64,000 nt of DNA, from IMG/VR virus record IMGVR_UViG_3300017917_002593, positions 22,212 through 86,211 of that record. One strand, written 5' to 3'. Shown in pieces: positions 18,201 to 28,200 of the stretch; the stretch's first letter is position 1; every line of letters begins with the position of its first letter. Under the pieces are notes generated by a model, which was not told the DNA's origin, did not search any database, and worked only from the letters and a program-made list of their open reading frames with translations. Both the position numbers and the translations under genes were made by a program. The DNA comes from a virus.

Positions 18201-21200
18201 ACCAAACAAAGTGCAGAAGAGATGTTGGTTATGTAATTGACAGTGTAGCAATGGATCTGTTAAGAGGCGGTAACAGACAAAGTATTCAAGCTGGTGTTTA
18301 CTATTACGGATATAATAGTACCAGTACTGTTCTTGTAAACGAAGTTCCGCAAACAATGGCTGCATACAAGTATATGAAGTCGTTGATTGAAAAAGTTGTT
18401 CAAAGAATTCCTGCTACAAAAACATACCAAACAGAATTTGCTCAGAATTTAGATTACGGTGCAGCAACTCTTGATGAAGCAAGAATCATTGGAGATAACA
18501 TTGATCTGATAAGGACCATTATTAGAAAAGGTCCAGCCGCAGCACCTGCTCAAGTACCGATTGGTATTGCAGTTAGCACTTCTACTAATGTAAGTAAAGC
18601 AGCTACTCTATTAGCGGCTAACAAAGATTTTATTGTTGCAGAAGTTGTTGAATTCGTTAATAAAACATTCATCCAACCTTTCCAATTTAATTACAACGAA
18701 GAAAAATGTTTTAGAGATGTTGGATTAATTGTCGATGCGATTGCTGGAGACATTATTAAACGCTCCAATGTTAAATCAATTGAAGCAGGTTTAGCTTATT
18801 GGGAAGGCGCAGTTAGTGTTATTGAAGGTCAGCTAAAAGAAACTGCTGGAGCTATTCAATACGCTAAGAGCATTGCATTGGATGTAATTGCTAATAATCC
18901 TGTTACAAGTTTCTATCAAGATTCTGTTCAAACAATTATTCCAGGAACAAGTTCTACTACAATGACTGTAGTAGTAAGTCAACTTATTAACGGACAACTT
19001 GGCGGCGGAGAAGTTGCAAGAGATTTAGTAGATAGTAACTTTAACGCCATCACAACAATTTTACAAAATGGTCCTGCTTACTCACCTTTTAGTACAGACA
19101 GTACTCTGACACAATTTGTTGTTACCTTAACTACTTCGACTGTCAAGGCTGCATCTAATGATATTCTGTACTTTGGTGAAACTACAGTTTATCCAATTGA
19201 AGATAAAAACTTGCCAGGCATGTGGACTGAAAACGGAGAAGCTGATCGCAGAATTGATCCAAATGGTTCAGGTGGTGGTGCATTGGTAGATGGAAATGCT
19301 CCTTCGAGAAGAAGTCCAATTCAGTCGTTCGTTTTTGATGCGTTTACTCAAATTACTCAAGGCGGACGAGGCATACACATTATCAATGAAGGGTATGCAC
19401 AGTTAGTTTCTGTGTTTACAATTTTCTGTAATGTTGCTGTTGAAACAGATAGCGGTGGTATTGCATCTATTACAAACTCTAACAATAACTTTGGAGACAT
19501 TTGTTTACAATCTAAAGGTTATGGTAAGAGGAAGTTTGGCGGAACAGTTTATAATCCGGAAAATATTGCCTATAACGAACTAACAAACGAATTCGAAGCT
19601 AACGAATATTATCCTCAAGGGTATTTCCCAACTCGACAGCAAGTTTGTGTGTTTGTTCCAGATCCTTTAAATAGGCCGCACATCAGTTTAGTTATGGAAG
19701 TTGTTCCTCCTGATCAATATGTTAACTACGACGGTGTGGTTGTTCCTTACATCAATGAACAAGGTTATCCAGGATTCTTAACTGCGGTCATTAATACAGC
19801 AACATTAACAACAGGATCTTTTGTTGTTAGCGGTATTGATGTAACAGGCGCAAGCATTGGTCAAACTGTTTACATTAAAGATCAGTTTGGTTACGAAGCA
19901 GCCGATAACGGAGAAGGTGCAAGATATATTTCGACAGGAACTACTATTGTCGACATTAGCTACCAGTCAATTACATTAAGTAATCCAATTAACTTTGGTG
20001 GAGGCGAATACGGCAATCCGTTCTACTTTGATATCTACTGCTGTGGAAATGCTTACTACAATGTCTTAACAAGTAAGCCAGCAGTAAGTCCATACCCGAT
20101 TGGGCAAAGTAAAATCATTGGTCAAGAAACTGAAACTATTGATGCAATTGATCACTTAAAAGAAATAACTAACTTTGTAGTAGCTAACATTGCTTATACA
20201 GGAACGTATACTACTGCTGTTCCGCAATCTATTAACACAGAATTTATTGGAGGAGCAAGTGCAATACCTTTCATCAACGAAAGATTAGATATTATTTCTA
20301 ATGTAATTCTTTCTGGTCCTCAAGCAGCACCCGAAGTTAGAACAACAGGTACAAGAGCAGAGAACTATGCAAGTGCTATTGAATTACTAAATCAAAATAA
20401 GATCTTTATTCAGAATGAAGTAGTTGCATATGTAGACGATACATTTGGTGGGTTTGTTTATGATGAAGCCAAGTGCCAGCGTGATGTTGGATTAATTATT
20501 GACAGTATTGCAATGGATATGTTGTACGATGATACAACACAAAGTACCTTTGCTGGCCTTCAATACTGGAATCAAACTTCATATGTAGATGGCATTGGAG
20601 GTCAAATTACTACAACTACGGCAGCTATTGCTTATGCAAAATCTCTTGCACTATCTGTTACAAGTAACAATGTAGTAATCGGGCAAAGATTCGATACTAT
20701 CTTAGAAATACTACAACTTGGCACAGCAAATGTAAGTAACATTGTTGTTGCTAACGGATATAGAACCACTGATCCAGGTGCGCTCGCTGACTATGCTGCA
20801 CTACAATCAAATAAGGCTTCAATTCAAAGTCAGGTAATTTCTTGGATCAGTAGTAACTATCCAAGTTTTACATATGATCAAGCTAAGTGCTCGAGAGATA
20901 TTGGTTACATCATTGACAGCGTTTCTATTGATTTAATCCACGGTGGTAATAGACAAAGTATTCAAGCTGGTGTTTACTATTACGGTTTCGATCAAGGTAG
21001 TAGTGCTATTGCTGGAGAGATTCCGCAAACTGCGGCAGCTTATAATTTTATTAAGAGTATTGTAGGTGATATTGTTACAGGTACTCCAATTAGTCCTAAG
21101 TATCAAAATACAGTAACTCAAGTAACTAATCTTCTACCTGGAACTTCTGTTGAAGCAGCAGCTCTACAATCTAAGATTAGTGTTATTACAAATATTTTAG

Positions 21201-21856
21201 ATAACGGACCGACTGCTGCCGAAGAAAGAAGAGCAATAAAGCAAACAATGAACACCAGCGTTGATGTTCAACGAGCATTTAACTTATTAAATGCAAACAA
21301 AGACTTTATCAAAGCTGAAGTAATTGCCTACATTGCAAATGAATTTGGCGGATTCCAGTACAACAAACAAAAATGTAGAAGAGACGTTGGTCTAATGATC
21401 GATGCGTTAGTTGCTGACTTAGCTACTGGAGGAAACTTCCGTGCAGTTGAAGCGGCTAAAACTTACTACACAAGAGAAGGTACTTATCATATTGTTACTG
21501 TTGAAGACAACGTAAGAAATCCTTTATTGTTTGTTGACGGTAGCACTGTAAACTTCTATCAGAGAAGCTATCAATCTGCATCTGGATACCTATTCGAATA
21601 CTGCGGAGCAGGTACACAGTACGGTGCATTGCCTCAGGTAGGTAGAGTTGATCCTGTCCAAAGCAAGGAAGTAGTTCAGTTAAATAATGGTAAGGTGTTC
21701 TTTACTTCCACTGACCAGAACGGCGATTTCCGTATTGGACCAACGTTAGTAATTAGTCAGGCAACTGGTGTGTTGTCAGGCAGAACATTTGAAAAGAGTT
21801 TATTTGCTCAGATGACACCATTCATCTTAGCAGTTGAAGCAGGTGGCGGCGAATAA
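15287..21856 (+). CDS. Giant virion protein: beta-helix scaffold with 8 KCxRD (phycobiliprotein-like) repeats
   Basis: LYVNENGSDDNDG...IKVAPGYY.E pectin-lyase-like start; 8 Y(D/N)xxKCxRD repeats; paralogue of 22268..30568. Confidence 0.75.
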   Translation: MAVGRITGPLLAQNLLRDGVDIAVETDLLYIDVKNGRIGVRTDIPRTELDVNGTLTTKVLIADTATIGLVTIESSTSSSTISTLFGPLNVNPGGNDWLYINSTASVRGDVYATGNFYANGNIKLGDTTSSDTIELLGEVQSDILPFISSGTFSTYVSTLTGLTVTDFYTNTEIVSEYSLGNTSSYWQNAYLQNVFTRKIDTVGTETDVQFFPDIPRLERTLNKSVTINGDIRVYGGNPLGTFPVVNNILYVNENGSDDNDGRAMDASRACRTITGATRSPYFKQGTIIKVAPGYYAEDNPIKLLPYTSVVGDSLRAVFVEPLNKTVDLFHVNSGVYITGMTMLNLRRGEVVRYEPGGAGTYTTGAYCVAFPPLLENPIDLFHSPYIQNCTNQSGPWLYDGTMFVPNQTVQLPLVVATATYASSTTTITVTIQPELSAKQLEIGMAVNGSGILIEDDLPIASIEKIENIDPNFRNAKQLLTSNKDFIKDEIIAYVNTNYPGLNYNQDKCRRDAGYVLDALIYDAILGGNRKIVEAGRAYFQGNANILGDELIPTIAAFERMKTFAFAIVANTDLSSIKTPANSGIQIIDTNLTGGEIAQPNIVKLMDLLIDILRNNGGYENAAALLNANRGFIQAETVAFVNKTYVGQPIPSFTYDRAKCFRDVGYVIDAIANDLLYGGNQQTVAAGEAYIGGAAIPGEADETIAAFNYLGMIIRDVVLQNEINDGYQTTVTQVTNLITGTNAAIELMTRNIQIINSYIDDGAFSVPVVSNSAQSSIPGIVNSYNLIVANKAFLQHEVVNYIDVTFTNLDFVYNEDKCARDTALIFDGLVLDLVHGGSSQSTFAGLQYWNQTNTVIPGEETTTTNAFAYAKDISKTIIQGIPLTTILGTLTQYISTGSDLTVANLLGEKFDTVISVITNGTAGITDLIEPNGDINTTTLYTSAIDLLIGNKDFIADEVIAWIEQTKTPGFTYDQTKCRRDVGYVIDSVAMDLLRGGNRQSIQAGVYYYGYNSTSTVLVNEVPQTMAAYKYMKSLIEKVVQRIPATKTYQTEFAQNLDYGAATLDEARIIGDNIDLIRTIIRKGPAAAPAQVPIGIAVSTSTNVSKAATLLAANKDFIVAEVVEFVNKTFIQPFQFNYNEEKCFRDVGLIVDAIAGDIIKRSNVKSIEAGLAYWEGAVSVIEGQLKETAGAIQYAKSIALDVIANNPVTSFYQDSVQTIIPGTSSTTMTVVVSQLINGQLGGGEVARDLVDSNFNAITTILQNGPAYSPFSTDSTLTQFVVTLTTSTVKAASNDILYFGETTVYPIEDKNLPGMWTENGEADRRIDPNGSGGGALVDGNAPSRRSPIQSFVFDAFTQITQGGRGIHIINEGYAQLVSVFTIFCNVAVETDSGGIASITNSNNNFGDICLQSKGYGKRKFGGTVYNPENIAYNELTNEFEANEYYPQGYFPTRQQVCVFVPDPLNRPHISLVMEVVPPDQYVNYDGVVVPYINEQGYPGFLTAVINTATLTTGSFVVSGIDVTGASIGQTVYIKDQFGYEAADNGEGARYISTGTTIVDISYQSITLSNPINFGGGEYGNPFYFDIYCCGNAYYNVLTSKPAVSPYPIGQSKIIGQETETIDAIDHLKEITNFVVANIAYTGTYTTAVPQSINTEFIGGASAIPFINERLDIISNVILSGPQAAPEVRTTGTRAENYASAIELLNQNKIFIQNEVVAYVDDTFGGFVYDEAKCQRDVGLIIDSIAMDMLYDDTTQSTFAGLQYWNQTSYVDGIGGQITTTTAAIAYAKSLALSVTSNNVVIGQRFDTILEILQLGTANVSNIVVANGYRTTDPGALADYAALQSNKASIQSQVISWISSNYPSFTYDQAKCSRDIGYIIDSVSIDLIHGGNRQSIQAGVYYYGFDQGSSAIAGEIPQTAAAYNFIKSIVGDIVTGTPISPKYQNTVTQVTNLLPGTSVEAAALQSKISVITNILDNGPTAAEERRAIKQTMNTSVDVQRAFNLLNANKDFIKAEVIAYIANEFGGFQYNKQKCRRDVGLMIDALVADLATGGNFRAVEAAKTYYTREGTYHIVTVEDNVRNPLLFVDGSTVNFYQRSYQSASGYLFEYCGAGTQYGALPQVGRVDPVQSKEVVQLNNGKVFFTSTDQNGDFRIGPTLVISQATGVLSGRTFEKSLFAQMTPFILAVEAGGGE

Positions 21857-21867
21857 AGGAGAAATAA

Positions 21868-22254
21868 ATGGCATTAATTCCATTAAACACGTTTAAAACA
21901 AAAACAAAAGTATTAGATACTAATTCAACATCAACAGTATACGTTGCACCAATTGGCGTAACTTCTATTGTACTAATGGCTCAAGTTGCCAATGTTGATC
22001 CGGCAGCGGCACATACTATTACCTTTAGTCATCATAGGAGATTTAGAGTGCTCCCTGATGCCCAAGGAAATAACGCTCAAGATCCAAACATTACAACTGA
22101 GTTGGTGCAAAACTTTGAAGTCCCACCTAATGATAGTGCAGCATTAATTACAGGCAAGATGATTCTCGAAAGTCAAGATAGTATTAGAGCCAGTGCTGAC
22201 GCGAACGGTGTCATGAAATTAGTTCTAAGTATTCTTGAAACAGCCAACAATTAA
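21868..22254 (+). CDS. Small virion-associated protein
   Basis: VYVAPIGVTSIVLMAQVAN...ILESQDSIRA; similar to 14100..14417. Confidence 0.65.
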   Translation: MALIPLNTFKTKTKVLDTNSTSTVYVAPIGVTSIVLMAQVANVDPAAAHTITFSHHRRFRVLPDAQGNNAQDPNITTELVQNFEVPPNDSAALITGKMILESQDSIRASADANGVMKLVLSILETANN

Positions 22255-22267
22255 TTAAGAGAAAGCA

Positions 22268-25200
22268 ATGCCACGTTTATTAAGTAATAGAAAACCAGTA
22301 GCAAGACCATCTGAGTTAAAAGAAAACAGATGGGAATATTTAAATCTACAGCAGGCTCAGCCTGCATTGGGTCCTGCACCTGAAGCAAATACCGGTTTTA
22401 CTCTGGAAACAGATGAAAACGGCAAAGTTACCTATACTAATACACTTGGCAAACTTGCATTTGACGAGCAAGTCATTTCCGGTACATTACCGGGAGTGGA
22501 TATTGAAATTGATTCTTCTATCAATAACGGAGAAATTGTCTTAACTCCATTACAGACTGCAAGAATTGCAGGTAATTTATCTGTTCAAGGCGACGAGATT
22601 GTTGATGGAAACTTTACTGTAAGAGGTATTCCTGAAGGTACTGCACCTTTAGTAAGTAATACACTTTATGTAACTCCAGACGGTAATGATGAAAATGACG
22701 GAACAGCAATGGATAGAACTCGTGCTTGCCGTACAATCAGCGGTGCTGTTCGTAGTCCGTTTTATCAACCAGGTACTGCTATTAAAGTTATGGCAGGTAC
22801 ATATTTTGAAGACAACCCAATTCCTTTAAAGCCTTATACATCTGTTGTTGGCAACGACTTGCGTACAACGTTTGTTGAACCTCTAAACAAAGATTTAGAT
22901 TTGTTCCACGTTAACTCTGGTGTTTATATTGCACAGATGCAGATGCGTAATTTACGCAGAGGAAGCGTTGAACGATATGCACCAGGAGGAGCAGGAACAT
23001 ACACTACAGGTGCTTACTGTGTTGCGTTTCCTCCTAACTTAGAAAACCCTATCGACGTTTACTACTCACCGTACATTCAAAACTGTACCAACCAATCTGG
23101 ACCTTGGTTAAAAGATGGAACCATGATGGTTCCTAACCAAACCGTTCAAATTCCGTTGGCAGCAGGTACCAGTACATGGACTGCCGGAGTTGATCAAATC
23201 ACAGTAACGTTATACACTGGTACTGTAGTAGTCGGTATGGCAGTTAATGATGCAGCGAATGAAGGTTATCGCAATGCTCAATTGTTGTTAAAGAAAAATA
23301 GAGAATTCTTACAAAAGCAAACTGTTGCATACGTTGAAGATGCTTATCCTGATCTTGTTTATGATCAAGCCAAATGCTACAGAGATGTTGGCTACATTGT
23401 CGATGCGGTTGCAGGCGATGCAAGATTTGGTGGAAACAAACGTAGTATCGAAGCAGGCCTTTCCTACTGGAGAGGAAACACTTCATTAATTGCAGGAGAA
23501 CAAGGCGAAACTGCTGCGGCAATTAACTATCTACGAGATATTTCTTTACAAGTTATCACCAACACCACAGTTACTAATATTTTTAACACTTTGTCAAATC
23601 AGGTATTTGATTTGGCATTAGATGGAGGGTCAGTAGTATCGACTCGTGCAACAGACAGTTACAATTTAATTACTGAAATTCTGTTAAACGGAGAAACATC
23701 AGCTCCTGATCAGCCTACACCTGATTTATTGGGATTAATCTACCCAACTGGATTGAGTCCTAATGATGTTAATGTTGCATCAACTGTAACAGCAGTTACA
23801 CAATTAACAACAAACACATATCTTGTTACATTAAGTACCTCGACTGTAAGTCCAAGTGACAATGCAACAATTTATTTTGGTTATACTACAACATATCCAT
23901 ATCTCGATGCAGATGTGCCGCCGGAATGGTCAACTAATTTAGCAGAAGGCTATGTTGACCGCAGATTAGATCCTATCGGATCTGGTGGCGGAGCACTGGT
24001 TGACGGTAACGCACCGAGCTTAAGAAGCCCTATTCAATCGTTCGTATTTGATGCGTTTACACAGTTGAACCAGGGCGGTATTGGTATTCACATTATTAAC
24101 AACGGCTACGCACAGCTTGTATCTGTGTTTACGATTATGTGTAGTCAAGCTGTTATTGTTGAGAATGGTGGTATTGCATCTATTACTAACTCTAACGCAA
24201 ACTTTGGTGATACATGTTTAACTGCAAAAGGTTTAGGTAAACTTGCTTTCCAAGGTTTCGTAGTTAACCCTGCTTTTCCAACTAATGTACCTAACGGCGA
24301 ATATTATCCATTAGGTTACTGGCCTCAGAAACAGGTCATGGAAGTCTTTATTCCAAGTGATAGAGATCGTCCTCACATTGGCCAAGTTATGGAAGTGGTT
24401 CCTCCTGATACATATCTCAATTTTGAAGGAGAACGTGTACCATTTATCAACGAAGCAGGCTATCCAGGATACTTAATTGCAACAGTCAACACCAATACTA
24501 TTAGTACTGGTAGTTTTATTATCAATGATGTTGATGTTACTGGAGTATCTGTAGGTCATACTTTATATGTTCGAGATGTATTAGGAAATGAAGTACATCC
24601 TGAAACAGGTATTCCTTATGTTACTACTGGAACACAAGTTGTTGACGTTAACTATAGACAAATTGTATTAGATCGACCAATCTTGGCCGGCTATACAGAT
24701 GCATTAAATCCAAGTTATTTTAATTTATATTTCTGCGGTAACGCCTATTACACAGTATTATCGAGTAACATTGATCCTACTCTTGCATCAACAGTTACTA
24801 CTGAAGTAACTTTAGTTGCAGGGCAAGAAACAACAACATCTTTAGCAGTTAGCTATGCTAAAAATTTAGCTCTTCGTGTAATTCAAAACACTCCTATTAA
24901 TGGATTTGTCTACAATCAAGCAAAATGCAAAAGAGATACTGGATTAATTGTTGATGCACTGGCAGTAGACCTCTTGCACCCAACTTCAGAACTTAGCCAA
25001 AGTAATTTTGCCGGCTTGCAATATTGGAATCAAGAAAATTATGTCGGCACAATTGCAAATGAAATTACAACAACTACAAATGCTGTTCAATTTGTAAAAG
25101 AATTGGCAATGGAAATTGTTCAAGGTATTACTACCGGAACAAGATATCAGAGTACAGTTACACAGAATATTGGTCTTCCGTTAGCATCTTCAGTTGAAGC

Positions 25201-28200
25201 AGCAATTATTTCCAATGATTTTGATGTTATCATTGATATCCTTGTTGATGGTGTTGCAGGAGTAACCGATAAGATCATTCCAAACGGCGAACAAACTTCC
25301 GATGAAAATACAGCAAGAGCCTATTCGTTGCTCACTGCTAACAAAGCCTATATTCAAGCAGAAGCTGTAGCATTTGTTGAGTATACAAAAACTCCGGGCT
25401 TTACTTATGATTCTGCAAAATGCTATAGAGATGTTGGCTATATGGTTGACAGTGTTGCGTTTGACTTGCTACATCCTAACGGAAGTGTTCCAAGTAACAG
25501 ACAGGCAATTCAAAGTGGAGTTTACTACTATGGATACATCAGCACAAGCACATCTATTGTTGGTGAAATCGTTCAGACAACTGCGGCCTACAACTATATT
25601 AAAGATTTAGTTCCATACATTGTTAAAGGAATTACAACTTCGACATATCAGACTTATATTGATCAAGTGACTGATTTAACTCCTGGCACAGATGCCGAAG
25701 TTAACGAAATCCAATCTTATATTGATCATATTACTAATGTTATTAATGTTGGTCCTGCCGCTGCCAGGGTTAAAGTACCTGTTAGCTTGACACAGTCAAC
25801 TGATCCTAATGTTTATAACGCATACAGAATGTTAAATGCAAATAGAGCATTTATTCAAGAATCTGTTATTGCTTACATTAACAAAACTTACGACTCTGGA
25901 ACATATCAGTCTGTTTACCCGCAAGTATTTGATCAAACATTAACTGGAGGTGTTGATGCTGTTCAAAGCCTTGGAGAAAAATTTGACATCATTTCTGGCA
26001 TCATTATCAATGGCGCAGATAGTAGTCCTGAAATTATTCGTCCAAGACAATATGTTGACTCAAATCAAAATATTCTAAATGCTAAAAAGTTACTTGAAAA
26101 GAATAGATTGTTCATCCAAGCAGAAACTGTAGCGTTCGTTGACAGTATCTGGCCAAGCAAGTTTAGCTATGATCCTGCTAAGTGCAGTCGCGACACTGGA
26201 TTAATTGTTGATGCCCTTGCACAAGATTTGTTATTCAATGGTACAAGCCAAAGTACATTTGCAGGTATTCAATATTGGAATCAAGGGTTAACCGTTATAC
26301 CTGGCGAACAAACAACAACTACCAATGCTGTCAAGTACTTGAAGTCTGTTGCACAGGATGTTATTTTAAACAAACAACAAAGATACAAGTATCAAAGTAC
26401 AGTTACTCAAGTTGTTAGCACAATAACCAGTTCAACTACTGCTACAAGTCTATCTCTTGGAACAAAATTTGACACAATTATTAATATTTTAGAAACTGGC
26501 ACAGACGGAATTACTGATAAAATTGTTCCTAACAGTTTAGATCAGTCTACTTCTTCTGCTGTTCTTGCTGCCTATAACTTACTACAGGCAAATAAAGAAT
26601 ATCTACAACATGAAACGGTTGCTTGGGTAGAAGCCAATGCTAACTTTAACTACGATCAAGTAAAGTGTGCTCGAGATACTGGTCTAATAGTTGACAGCAT
26701 CGCTTTTGATATTTTATATCCAACAGCAACAGACAGTCAAAGTAATTTTGCCGGTCTGCAATATTGGAATCAAAGCAACTATGTTGGTACTATTGCTAAC
26801 GAAATTACCACTACAACTAATGCAATTACACATATCAGTTCTATTGCACAGAAGATTGTAGTCGGAGATACCAGCGGAACACGCTATCAAAATACTGTAA
26901 CTCAAACAACTTCTACTGCGACTGGTATTGTAGGAGATGCAGTTGTAGTTGGTACAAACTTTGGAGTGATTCTAAATATTCTTTCCACAGGTACAGCAGG
27001 TGTTACAGATATTATTGTACCAAACGGCAGAAGAAGTATTACAACTTCCACAGTTAACGCTTATAATTTATTGGTTGCAAATAGATCGTACCTTGTAGCA
27101 GAAGCTATTGCTTTTGTTGAAGATACAAAAACAGCCGGATTTAATTACGATCAAACTAAGTGTGCAAGAGATGTTGGCTACATGGTCGACAGCGTAGCCT
27201 TTGACTTGTTACATGGCGGCAACAAACAGAGTGTACAAAGCGGAGTTCTCTACTACGGATATGACAGTACTTCAACTTCTATTCCAAATGAGATTCCTCA
27301 GACCACTGCGGCTTATAATAGAATTAGAGAAATACTACCAAGAATCTTGTCTGGTGTAGAAATTTCTCCAAGTCAAGGGAACACAACCAAACAGATTACC
27401 TACATGTTGCCAGTCAACAATGCTACAATACTATCTGCACAGGCAAAGGTTGACAAGATTACAAGAATTATTAACAACGGACCAAGTGCCGCAAGTGAAC
27501 TAACTCCAATTAGTTTAACTCCAAGCTCTGATGCAAATGCAGATCGTGCCTATGATCTATTAGTAGCAAATCGAGATTTTATCAAAGACGAAATTATTGC
27601 CTATATCAATAGTACCTTTACTGGATTTGTCTACGATAAAGCTAAGTGCTTTAGAGATGTTGGCTATATGGTTGACAGTGTAAGTTTTGATATACTTTAC
27701 GGCGGTAATAGACAAAGCATTCAAAGCGGTGTCTACTATTACGGATATCAAGAAGATAGCAGTGCTATTGCTGGAGAAATTCCTCAAACAACAGAAGCCT
27801 ACAACTTTATTGAAAAGATTGTAGGAGACATTGTCACAGGAACATTGATAACTAATCCTCAACAGGCTTCTGTTCCGCAAGTTACTAACTTGAGCTTTAC
27901 TTATAACCAAAACAAGTGCTCAAGAGACACAGGAATTCTTGTTGATAGTTTTATTACTGATTTACTATTCAACGAAAACGGTTACACACAAAGTAATTTC
28001 TCTGGTTTACAATATTGGAATCAGAATGGTTACACAGGATCTATTGCAAGTGAAATTACTACAACAACTAACGCAGTTAGATATCTAAGAAGCCTTGCTG
28101 AGCAAATTGTTATTAACGGCACATCTACTGCAACTGTAGTAAGATATTCTACAACTGCAAGCCAAGTTACTAACTTAACTACTGCAACTTACGATCAATT